Positions 9,283 to 17,883 of a DNA stretch of 64,000 nucleotides are shown piece by piece. The notes under the pieces were generated by a model, which was given only the letters and a program-made list of their open reading frames with translations, was not told where the DNA came from and searched no databases. The translations under genes and the position numbers were made by a program. The stretch is from an uncultured Acidobacterium sp. (lineage in GTDB: Bacteria; Acidobacteriota; Vicinamibacteria; Vicinamibacterales; UBA2999), in contig CAZEMI010000124.1 in the NCBI GenBank assembly GCA_964513235.1, positions 1,596 to 65,595 on the forward strand, written 5' to 3'. Position 1 is the stretch's first letter, and every line of letters starts with the position of its first letter.

Positions 9283-9453
9283 GGTCCGCTCAGCTGTGCG
9301 TGGCGCGCGGGGCCTCGATCCCGATCTACATCCACCCGCGACGGTTTCCTAAGTCCTTTTCAGATACCCAAGTCCATTCACAACCGCGCGGCGCCGCCCC
9401 ATGATGGGCCGGTCCATTGTGATGCCTGCATCACGCGCGATCAGGAGGCGGTA

Positions 9454-9807
9454 GTGACGCCCGCGAGGATCCTCTTCGGCGAGCTCCCTCGGATGATGCG
9501 CGAGCTACTCAGCGCTGAGATGGCGTCGCAGGCAGACATGCAAGTGGTCGGGGAGTGCGCGAATGCCGAGCTGGTTGTGGAGATCGAACGCGTGATGGCG
9601 AACGTGGTCATCCTGCGGCAGCACGCCGGCGCCGACGACGGCCTGTACCTGCGATTGCTCGGCGCATACCGCGACCTGAAAGTGGTGGTGGTCATGGACG
9701 AGAGCCGGGGGGCGACCGTCCACCATCTGCTGAACGACCCGTCGCCGGTCACGTTGGTCCACGCCGTGAGGCGTGCGCTGCAGAGCGTCGGCATGAACAC
9801 GCATTGA
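9454..9807 (+). CDS. stand-alone pseudo-receiver (REC-like) protein, paralogous to the N-terminus of the LuxR regulator
   Basis: GTG start with AGGAGG 5 nt upstream. The sequence aligns by eye with the receiver part of 8616..9236 (RILFGELPRMMRELL...MQVVGECAN versus RVLIISPVRLYREGL...LNVVGAHCA). The phospho-acceptor position reads VVILRQ, so there is no Asp. It ends 30 nt before the sheath gene. Confidence 0.6.
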   Translation: MTPARILFGELPRMMRELLSAEMASQADMQVVGECANAELVVEIERVMANVVILRQHAGADDGLYLRLLGAYRDLKVVVVMDESRGATVHHLLNDPSPVTLVHAVRRALQSVGMNTH

Positions 9808-9837
9808 GTCCAGGTCTCGTGCAGCAAGGAGGGCGCT

Positions 9838-12276
9838 GTGCCAGTTTCCGTCAGCTATCCCGGAGTCTACGTTCAGGAAGTTCCCAGCGACGTTCGGACG
9901 ATCGTCGGCGTCGGCACGTCGATTGGCATGTTCGTCGGCCGCACGCGCAGCGGCGAGCTGAACAGGGCCGTGCAGTGCCTGAGCTATCTGGACTTCACGC
10001 GGGTGTTCGAGTCGAGCCCCGACAGCCAGGTGTCCGATCAGGTGCGCCTCTTCTTCACCAACGGCGGCACGCAGTGCTACGTCATGCGGATCGCCAAGGG
10101 CGCGTTGCCGTCCGCCGTGACGCTTCGCAATGAAGCCGGGGCAAGCACGCTCACGCTCACGGCCAGATCGGCCGGCACCTTCGGCGACGACATCCGGGCT
10201 GCGGTGAACTACAACACCCTCGAGCCCGAGGCGATCTTCAACCTCGAAGTGTTTCGCTGGGCCAAGAACTCGAGCGGGGTCTTCGAAAAGACGCTGCTGG
10301 AGAATTACCTGGGCCTCAGCATGGACCCCGCGCATCCTCGCTTTGCGCCCGCCATCATCGGTCAGAGCTCACAACTGGTGACGGCAACCGACGCGGGCGT
10401 CGCGGCCAGCGCGTCCGGGTCGTCGACCTCGGGCTTCGCGGTGTCGGCGCGCACCAACGCCATCTTCCGCAATTCGTGGTTGGCGTTGATCGGATCGACC
10501 GCATCGACCAACCGGTTCCGAATCGGTGTCGATGGCGCGGCGCCGGTGGCCGTGGACCTCTCGAGCCTTGATTTCACGGCGCCTGTCTCCGGCACCAACC
10601 CGAACCCGCTCGACACGGCCGGCAACTGCGTGGCCAACCTTGCTGGACGCATCCAGGCGCTCATCAACGCCCAACTCGCCGCCGGATCCGCCGTCATCGT
10701 CGATATGGTTCCGGGGCCGGGTCCGGGCCCCGCCGGACAGAACAACTTCGCGACGGTACAACTGCGCATCCGTTCCAACAACGGCGACGTCAGGATCGAG
10801 CCGGACACGGTGAACGACCTGGCGATGCCGCTGATGCTCGGCACGGCACAAGGTGGCATCGAGGTGTCGCGGCACGCCGTGCGCCGCCCGGCGCCCAACG
10901 GCTTCGTGCTCAACCTCGCCGATCTGACGACGTTCATGGCTCTCTCGCAGACTTCGTTCGACAAGCTGGTGATCAACGCGCCGGCGAATACGGTTGACCT
11001 CTTTGGGCCCTTCAGCATCCTCACCACGCCCTCGCCTCCGGTGAACGCCGATCGGCGGCTCTATCAGGACTCCACCGCCACGACCCAGGACGACGGGCGG
11101 CGCGGCGTTGCCGAAAAACTCGGCATCATGGCAGCCGCCATCAATGCCAAGCGCGCCGCCGACCCGACGTTCCAGTGGACGGCTGAAGTGTGGGGCTCGC
11201 GACTGGCGGTGTTGCCAGTGGCCGGCGCCGACGGCATGCAGACGACGGTGACGACCATGCTCGTCGCCGCAGCAGGCCCGGCGCTTGGCGGCGCCCCGAT
11301 TCAGAACGTGCGCTACTACAACCTCGGCCCGACGATCGGCGCGCCGCCGTTCCACACCGCGGGCGTGGGGGGGGTGCCCGGTACTCAGCCCGGCAACGCC
11401 GACTACGACGCGGCCTTTGCGATGATCGACCGCGAGGTCGACATTTTCAACCTGCTCGTGCTGCCGAAGGACAACAACCATTCGGACGCCGACACGCGCA
11501 AGCTCTGGGGGCCGGCCTCGGTGTTCTGCCTCAAGCGGCGCGCCTTCCTGTTGATCGATCCACCAACAAATTGGACCGACTCGCAATCAGCGACGAGCGC
11601 CACGGTGGGCGTCAACACGCTACGCGTGGGCCTGGTGAAGGATTACAGCGCCGTCTTCTTCCCGAACCTGCGGATTGACGACAACGGCCGGGAGAAGACC
11701 GTGGGTCCGAGCGGTGCGATCGCGGGGTTGATGGGACGCATCGACGGCACGCGCGGCGTGTGGAAGGCGCCGGCCGGCACCGAAGCCGATCTGCGCGGCA
11801 TCATCGGTGTCGAGCGGCGGTTCTCAGACATGGAGAACGGCGTCATGAACCAGAAGGCCGTCAACACCATCCGTGCCTTCCCGAGCGGCATCGTCAACTG
11901 GGGCTCACGGACGATGGATGGCGACGATGGGTTCGGGTCTCAGTACAAATACATCCCGATTCGCCGCCTGGCGCTCTTCATGGAAGAGAGCCTCTACCGC
12001 GGACTGCAGTGGGCGGTGTTCGAGCCCAACGACGAGCCGCTGTGGGCCCAGATTCGCCTCAACGTCGGCGCCTTCATGAACAACCTGTTCCGGCAGGGTG
12101 CCTTCCAGGGCCTGTCGGCGAGGGAGGCGTACTTCGTGAAGTGCGACAAGGACACCACCACGCAGAACGATCGCAACCTGGGCATCGTGAACATCATCGT
12201 GGGCTTCGCCCCGCTCAAGCCGGCTGAGTTCGTCGTCCTGTATCTGAAGCAGATCGCGGGCCAGATTCAAGTCTGA
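9838..12276 (+). CDS. contractile tail sheath protein (Afp2-4/Pvc2-4 class), extended 812-aa form
   Basis: GTG start with AGGAGG upstream. The N-terminus is SYPGVYVQEV. The C-terminal region WKAPAG...NTIRAFPSGIVNWGSRT...KYIPIRRLALFMEESL...FVKCD...NIIVGFAPLKPAEFVVL is the canonical phage/eCIS sheath. Confidence 0.95.
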   Translation: MPVSVSYPGVYVQEVPSDVRTIVGVGTSIGMFVGRTRSGELNRAVQCLSYLDFTRVFESSPDSQVSDQVRLFFTNGGTQCYVMRIAKGALPSAVTLRNEAGASTLTLTARSAGTFGDDIRAAVNYNTLEPEAIFNLEVFRWAKNSSGVFEKTLLENYLGLSMDPAHPRFAPAIIGQSSQLVTATDAGVAASASGSSTSGFAVSARTNAIFRNSWLALIGSTASTNRFRIGVDGAAPVAVDLSSLDFTAPVSGTNPNPLDTAGNCVANLAGRIQALINAQLAAGSAVIVDMVPGPGPGPAGQNNFATVQLRIRSNNGDVRIEPDTVNDLAMPLMLGTAQGGIEVSRHAVRRPAPNGFVLNLADLTTFMALSQTSFDKLVINAPANTVDLFGPFSILTTPSPPVNADRRLYQDSTATTQDDGRRGVAEKLGIMAAAINAKRAADPTFQWTAEVWGSRLAVLPVAGADGMQTTVTTMLVAAAGPALGGAPIQNVRYYNLGPTIGAPPFHTAGVGGVPGTQPGNADYDAAFAMIDREVDIFNLLVLPKDNNHSDADTRKLWGPASVFCLKRRAFLLIDPPTNWTDSQSATSATVGVNTLRVGLVKDYSAVFFPNLRIDDNGREKTVGPSGAIAGLMGRIDGTRGVWKAPAGTEADLRGIIGVERRFSDMENGVMNQKAVNTIRAFPSGIVNWGSRTMDGDDGFGSQYKYIPIRRLALFMEESLYRGLQWAVFEPNDEPLWAQIRLNVGAFMNNLFRQGAFQGLSAREAYFVKCDKDTTTQNDRNLGIVNIIVGFAPLKPAEFVVLYLKQIAGQIQV

Positions 12277-12287
12277 AGGGAGAGATC

Positions 12288-12794
12288 ATGGCAGCGCCTC
12301 AGTTTCCGGTGAACGCGCAACGCTTCGATCCGTACAAGAACATGAAGTTCCGGATCAAATGGGACGGGCGGGTCGTGGCCGGCGTGAGCAAGATCAGCCC
12401 GCTCAAGCGATCGACCGAGGTCGTCTCGCACCGCGAAGGCGGCGATCCGAGCACGTCGCGCGTGTCGCCATCGACGTTCAAGTTCGAGCCCATCACCGTC
12501 GAGCGCGGCGTGACCCACGACCTCGAATTCGAGGCGTGGGCCAACAAGGTGTACTCGGCGGACGGCGACGCGGCGATGTCGCTCAAGGCCTTTCGCAAGG
12601 ACTGCACGATCGAACTGCTCAACGAACAGGGCAAGGTCGCCAAGGCCTACAAGATCTACCGCTGCTGGGTGTCGGAGTACCAGGCTCTCCCCGAGCTCGA
12701 CGCCAACGGCCATGCGGTCGCCATCGAGCACATGGTGCTTCAGAACGAAGGCTGGGAGCGCGATCTCGACGTCCCCGAGCCCGCCGAAAACTAG
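12288..12794 (+). CDS. tail tube protein (T4 gp19-like, Afp1/Pvc1 class)
   Basis: FRIKWDGRVVAGVSKISPLKRSTEVVSHREGGDPSTSRVSPSTFKFEPITVERGV matches the gp19-like tube signature. It lies directly downstream of the sheath gene. Confidence 0.9.
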   Translation: MAAPQFPVNAQRFDPYKNMKFRIKWDGRVVAGVSKISPLKRSTEVVSHREGGDPSTSRVSPSTFKFEPITVERGVTHDLEFEAWANKVYSADGDAAMSLKAFRKDCTIELLNEQGKVAKAYKIYRCWVSEYQALPELDANGHAVAIEHMVLQNEGWERDLDVPEPAEN

Positions 12795-12815
12795 CATGCG
12801 GAGACGCTTTCGATC

Positions 12816-13550
12816 ATGCCGACGGTCACACTCCGTGCGACGCCCGACGCCGAACGCCCGGCGCCGCGAATTACGCTCGGCGATTTGCGAGGGTCGGACG
12901 AGATCGCGTTGAGCGGCATCGACACGCAGGCCGCGGTCCGGCTGCTCGATCGGCTGATCGGCAGCGGCGGCGGCGATGCCGCCGCGCGTACGCTGTCCGC
13001 ATCCGATCGCGATCGCCTGCTGGCGGCGCTTCACCGTGACGCGTTCGGCGACATCATCAATGCCACGCCGTCGTGCGCGCAATGCCGCGAACGGTTCGAC
13101 GTGTCCTTCTCCCTGTCCGAGTTGCAGCGGCACCTCGATGCGGGGTCGGCGCCAGGCCAGGGAATTCACCCGCCGACGGCGGCCGATGAGATCGCGGCAG
13201 CGGACCTGCCGTGGGACGCGGGCCTGGCGCAGTTGCGCGCTGCCGCGGCGGACGCACCAGCTGACGCGCTCGCCGCCGCCGCGCCGATCGTCGATCTCGA
13301 GCTCGAGGCGCGGTGTCCGGAGTGCGGGTTCGTGCAGCCGGCGAGCTTCGACCTGCAGACCTTTACGCTGACGGCGCTACTCAACGATCGACCCGCACTC
13401 ATCCAGGAGATCCACCTGCTTGCGTCCGTGTATGGGTGGGCGCTGCACGACATCCTCGCGCTGTCGCGCGCCGACCGTCGCGCGCTGGTGTCGGCCATCG
13501 ATCGCGAGCGCTCGCAAATGCGTTACGTGGCCCGAACGGGGTGGCGATGA
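12816..13550 (+). CDS. eCIS-associated zinc-ribbon protein of unknown role
   Basis: 244 aa with CAQC...CPEC pairs separated by about 90 aa. It is embedded in the operon, and its stop overlaps the next start (ATGA). Confidence 0.7.
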   Translation: MPTVTLRATPDAERPAPRITLGDLRGSDEIALSGIDTQAAVRLLDRLIGSGGGDAAARTLSASDRDRLLAALHRDAFGDIINATPSCAQCRERFDVSFSLSELQRHLDAGSAPGQGIHPPTAADEIAAADLPWDAGLAQLRAAAADAPADALAAAAPIVDLELEARCPECGFVQPASFDLQTFTLTALLNDRPALIQEIHLLASVYGWALHDILALSRADRRALVSAIDRERSQMRYVARTGWR

Positions 13551-14428
13551 TCCCCCTCGACTACTATGGCCGGCTCCTGCGTCGAGCGAAGGCGCGGGCG
13601 AACGCGTCGCTCACCGCGCTGGACGATCCCTTCAACCTGACGGCGCCATGGCTGGATGAGCGGCCGCACGATCCGGATGCGCCGGCGCGGGATGCGATCG
13701 TCATCGATCGTCCTCCCTCGCCGTCCCCTCCTCCCGGGCCTTCCGCGCCGCTCGTCGCGCGTGGTCCGACGGCGCCGCCTCCTGTGGCCATCACGCCGCC
13801 GGCACCGCGGATTGGCAACGTGCCGCCCGCGCTCGTCGATCCGCCGTTGCCGCCGAGCCTGACGACGCCGAGCCTGACGACGGTGACCTCGTCGCCTGAG
13901 GCGGTTGCCGGTGAGGAGGGGGCCGGCCGCACGACGCCGCCAGCGATGCTCGTGCCGCAGCCATCGTTCGCTCGCGCAGACGAGGTCCGCACGGCGCCGG
14001 TGCAGCCTGTGACACGCGATGCAGACCGACGCGCGAGCGAACTGGTCCTCGCGCCCCTCGCACCGCCCGATCGCTCCACGCCGCCGGTGCGACCAAGCGA
14101 CGAAACGTTCGGTCCGGAGCGGGCCGCGTCTGCGCCTGCGACTGGCGAGACCGGCCCGGCCACACGATTGGTGCCCACCATTCCGCGCGTGGCGGCCGTG
14201 CCGTCGGCTCCGCTCGGTCCGGCGGCTCCAGGCGGCACGATCACACCGACGGTCACGATCGATCACCTCGACATCGAGATCGCAAGCGCGCCGCCGCCGC
14301 GACGCTCGCCGCAGGAAGCCGCCACCGGGCGCCGGCCGGACGCGAGCGCAGCAGCGGATTCCGGCCCGCCGAGCCGCGAGTTGTGGCGCGGTCCGACGGA
14401 TCAGGCCTTCGGCCTCGGACAGGTGTGA
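13547..14428 (+). CDS. proline-rich protein, positional candidate for tail tape measure (Afp14-like role)
   Basis: Start set at ATG 13547, overlapping the previous stop. 293 aa, Pro/Ala-rich with low complexity, and a C-terminal TVTIDHLDIEI segment. It lies between the tube and cap genes, where eCIS length determinants often sit. The assignment is positional only. Confidence 0.55.
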   Translation: MIPLDYYGRLLRRAKARANASLTALDDPFNLTAPWLDERPHDPDAPARDAIVIDRPPSPSPPPGPSAPLVARGPTAPPPVAITPPAPRIGNVPPALVDPPLPPSLTTPSLTTVTSSPEAVAGEEGAGRTTPPAMLVPQPSFARADEVRTAPVQPVTRDADRRASELVLAPLAPPDRSTPPVRPSDETFGPERAASAPATGETGPATRLVPTIPRVAAVPSAPLGPAAPGGTITPTVTIDHLDIEIASAPPPRRSPQEAATGRRPDASAAADSGPPSRELWRGPTDQAFGLGQV

Positions 14429-14429
14429 C

Positions 14430-15716
14430 GTGGCGCTGCTGGATCTCTCGCTGGTGACCAACGCGATGCTCCGGCTGCTGAAGTTTCAGCTGCCCGAGTA
14501 CGGCGTGCTGCCCGCGGTGGCCCTGTCGATTTCGGGCGCACCGCCCGACCTGGTGAAAGGCGATTTCGCGTTGAGCTTCTACCTGTACCACGTCCGGGAA
14601 GAAGCGCATACCAAGGCACAGGACTGGGGCACCGAGATGGGCGTGCCGCAGCGGTTCAAGCCGATGGGCGTGGCGCTGTATTACGTGCTGAGCGCCCGCA
14701 GCACGATCACCAACATCGACTCGCGCACCGCCGCCGACCAACAGATGATGGGCCTGGCCATCAAGGCGTTTCACGACAACCCGACCCTCACCGATGCCTC
14801 GGTGGTAATCACCGCGGGCGGACCACAGCAGGTGTTTCCCGGCGGGCTCCTGGGTGGCGACAACCGCTTGCGTCTTCACTTGATGCCGGTGCCGGCGAGC
14901 GAGGCGGCGCAGTACTGGCAGGCTGGCACCGATTCGCTACGCCTCTCGGCCTACTACGAAGTGTGCGCGACGCTCCTCGAGCCCGAGGAACTCCGCGCGC
15001 GCGCCACGCGCGTGCTCACGCTCGGCGTGCACGCGTTCGCCGGCGGGACGCCGCGGATCTTCAGCAGCGACAACATCATCACCTTCATCCTCCCGGGCGC
15101 TCCGCTGCCGCGGCAACTGCAGTTCTCACCCGCCGAGGTGACGTATCTGTCGCGGTTTACGCTGCGCGGCGCCAACCTGAAGGGCGACACGACGAGCCTG
15201 ATCTTGAACACGCGCCGCTTCGCCGCGGCGGTGACGGTTGATCCGATCGCGTGGCAGGTGGATACCAACAGCACCGACCTGTCGGCGCAAGTGCAGACCG
15301 TGGCGGGCCCCGAAGCGGTGTTTCCCGGGATCTACAGCGTCACGGTGGTCACGCTGTTCCGCAAGCAACTTCCCGACGGCAGCTCACGTGATTTCGAGTG
15401 GGTGTCGAACGCCGCCGCGATCTCGATCGTGCCGCGGATCACGGCGGTCACGCCGGCGGCCGGCAACCGCTTCGTGCTCACGCTGCCTGACTTCGACCTC
15501 ACCCTGCTCGACCCGAACGCGGAGATCCAGCTCTTCGTCGGCGCGACTCGTCTCGACAGCGTCGCGGCCGCGCCGGGACCCGGGCAGTTCCAGGTGCAGA
15601 ACCCCGCGCAGCTGCGTTTCCAGTGCCCGGCCGGCTCGGTGGTGGGCGACACGCTGCCGGTGCGGCTCATCGTGCTCGGCGCCGAAAACGCGCCGCTGTG
15701 GGTGACGGTCCCATGA
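14430..15716 (+). CDS. DUF4255 (Pvc16/Afp16 N-terminal domain) tail terminator/cap protein with long C-terminal extension
   Basis: GTG start 2 nt after the previous stop. LDLSLVTNAMLRLLKFQL...FALSFYLYHVREEAHTKAQDW fits the DUF4255 pattern (hydrophobic run, then LY-x-V/I-x-E). Confidence 0.8.
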   Translation: MALLDLSLVTNAMLRLLKFQLPEYGVLPAVALSISGAPPDLVKGDFALSFYLYHVREEAHTKAQDWGTEMGVPQRFKPMGVALYYVLSARSTITNIDSRTAADQQMMGLAIKAFHDNPTLTDASVVITAGGPQQVFPGGLLGGDNRLRLHLMPVPASEAAQYWQAGTDSLRLSAYYEVCATLLEPEELRARATRVLTLGVHAFAGGTPRIFSSDNIITFILPGAPLPRQLQFSPAEVTYLSRFTLRGANLKGDTTSLILNTRRFAAAVTVDPIAWQVDTNSTDLSAQVQTVAGPEAVFPGIYSVTVVTLFRKQLPDGSSRDFEWVSNAAAISIVPRITAVTPAAGNRFVLTLPDFDLTLLDPNAEIQLFVGATRLDSVAAAPGPGQFQVQNPAQLRFQCPAGSVVGDTLPVRLIVLGAENAPLWVTVP

Positions 15717-17641
15717 TGCCCCTGTCGACGCCAGCGGCGCCGGAGCTTGCCGAGCGCGACCGACACATCGCGCGCGTGCAGGCGGCGGTGCACGCGTGGC
15801 AGCCGTACCTCGAGGGGCGTTCGACCGGGCGGCCCGACACCGCCTACCGCGCCGCTGAGGACGCGCCGCGCCTGGATCAGTTGTCGTTGCTGTTCGGGCT
15901 CGATCCGCTCGAGGCCGACATCGTGGCCACGCTGTGGGTGCTGTCGTTCATGCCTGGCTGGCGCGCGGCGATCGCGGCGCTCGACGCCGGCCGTACCGAC
16001 GTCACCGCGCTCGCCGTGTCGCGGCTGCACGGACACGAACCGAAACCGCGCCTGTCGTCGCGATCGCCGTTGCTCTCCTGGCAGATCGTGATCGAGCACC
16101 CGGTGACGTCGTGCGCCAATCCCGGTCTCTCGCTCGACGCGCAGGTCCTGGCGTGGCTCGAGGGCGCGCACGAAGTGGATCGTCACCTGGTGCCGTTCGT
16201 GCGATCGATCGATCGCGCCGAGACGCTGGCGTCGTGGCCCGTGGCGCGCGCGGTGGCCGCGGTGCGCGCCGCGCACGCAATGGGCGAACGCATCCGCGTC
16301 CAGTTACTGGGTCGCGATGCCACCGCCGCCGCGGCGTGTGCCGTTGCGATCGCCGCGGAAGCGGGTCTGCCGGTGATGGCGGTGACGCCGAAGTGGACGG
16401 ATGGCGACGGCCGCCAGCTGTTCATCCGCGTGCAGCGGCAGGCCTTTCTCGACGGCTGCGCCGTTCTCTGGCTGCACGCCGCGGATCGCGGCCTCCCGTC
16501 GCATGTCGCGTCGTTCCCGCTGCAGTTCACGTTCAGCCAGACCCCCGATGCGGCGACGTGGCCGGGCACGACGGATCACGTGGTGGATTTGGCGGCGCCG
16601 ACCGCCGACGAGCGCCGCGCGCTGTGGCTCGCGGCGCTGCCGGCCGCTCGTGCCTGGCCGCCCGGCGCCGTCGATCACCTGGCGCAGCGATATTCGGCGC
16701 AGCCGGCCGACATCGCCATGGTAGCGGCCACCCGGCCGTCTTCGCCCGAGGAGGCCGCCGCGCGACTGTTGATGCGGGCGCGCGGCGAATTGGGTGCGCT
16801 CGCGCAACGCATCGACACGCCGTTCGTGTGGGACGACCTCGTGGTGCCGCCGCGCGTGGCGGATCTGCTCCGCGACATCGCCTTCGAAGCGAGCGATCGG
16901 GTCGGCTTCTGGGAGCGGGAGCCGGCCACGCGCCTCTTCCCGCAAGGCCGCGGACTGGTCGCGCTGTTCTGCGGCCCGCCAGGGACCGGCAAGACGATGG
17001 CCGCGCAGGTGATTGCCGGCGAGCTCGGCCTCGATCTCTACCGTGTCGATCTGTCAGCGGTCGTCAGTAAATGGGTGGGCGAGACCTCTCAAAACATTCA
17101 GGCGGTCCTGACGCGCGCGGCCGATCGCAACCTCGCGCTCTTCTTCGACGAGGCCGAGGCCGTCTACGGCCGGCGGCCCGAAGAAATTCGCGATGCGCAG
17201 GATCGTTTTTCCGGAATGGACCTGAGCCACCTGATGGTGGCGATCGAAAGTTACTCCGGGATCGTGCTGCTTGCCAGCAACATCAAGGCGAACATCGATC
17301 CCGCGTTCATCAGGCGCATCCGCTATTGCGTGGAGTTTCCGAAACCCGATCGCGCGGCGCGGCGCACGATCTGGGGACGCGTCGCCGAAGGCATCTGGGG
17401 GCGTGAGACGGCCGTGCTGCTGGCGCCGGCCCTCGATGCGCTGAGCGACCCCGACACGACCGGCGCGCAAATCAAGAACGCGTCGTTGTCGGCGGCGTTC
17501 GCCGCGCGCCGGCTCGGAGGCATCACGCGAGCCCTCCTCGCGCAGGCGCTTGGCCGCGAGCTCGCCAAGGATGGACAGGGTGTGTCCGAGCGCGTGCTCG
17601 CGCAGCTCGCCGGAGTCACGCCCGTGGAGGCGCGACGATGA
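15713..17641 (+). CDS. AAA+ ATPase (Afp15/Pvc15 class)
   Basis: Start at ATG 15713, overlapping the previous stop. Walker A is GPPGTGKTMAA and Walker B is LALFFDEAEAV. It has a single C-terminal AAA module after a long N-terminal region, as in eCIS ATPases. Confidence 0.9.
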   Translation: MMPLSTPAAPELAERDRHIARVQAAVHAWQPYLEGRSTGRPDTAYRAAEDAPRLDQLSLLFGLDPLEADIVATLWVLSFMPGWRAAIAALDAGRTDVTALAVSRLHGHEPKPRLSSRSPLLSWQIVIEHPVTSCANPGLSLDAQVLAWLEGAHEVDRHLVPFVRSIDRAETLASWPVARAVAAVRAAHAMGERIRVQLLGRDATAAAACAVAIAAEAGLPVMAVTPKWTDGDGRQLFIRVQRQAFLDGCAVLWLHAADRGLPSHVASFPLQFTFSQTPDAATWPGTTDHVVDLAAPTADERRALWLAALPAARAWPPGAVDHLAQRYSAQPADIAMVAATRPSSPEEAAARLLMRARGELGALAQRIDTPFVWDDLVVPPRVADLLRDIAFEASDRVGFWEREPATRLFPQGRGLVALFCGPPGTGKTMAAQVIAGELGLDLYRVDLSAVVSKWVGETSQNIQAVLTRAADRNLALFFDEAEAVYGRRPEEIRDAQDRFSGMDLSHLMVAIESYSGIVLLASNIKANIDPAFIRRIRYCVEFPKPDRAARRTIWGRVAEGIWGRETAVLLAPALDALSDPDTTGAQIKNASLSAAFAARRLGGITRALLAQALGRELAKDGQGVSERVLAQLAGVTPVEARR

Positions 17642-17883
17642 GCGCGCCGGTGTTGAACGTGCGATCACTTCGCATGCGTGGTGCGCGCCCGAGTGAAGAC
17701 CACCAGGCGGCGGCGCATCGCTTGCTCGAGCAGGTGGCGGCGGCATCGGATCTGTCGGGACTTCACGTCTCTGCCATCGTGCGGTCGGTGCGGCTGCGTG
17801 CCTCCGCGCGGGAGATCGCGGATGGCACCGCGGCGGCGCGGCTGGCGCGCACGCTGCGCTCAGCGGTGGGAGAGCGGCCATGA
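17638..17883 (+). CDS. small hypothetical protein (81 aa), translationally coupled on both sides
   Basis: ATGA overlaps occur at both ends (17638-17641 and 17880-17883). Ala/Arg-rich; no family recognised. Confidence 0.5.
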   Translation: MSAPVLNVRSLRMRGARPSEDHQAAAHRLLEQVAAASDLSGLHVSAIVRSVRLRASAREIADGTAAARLARTLRSAVGERP

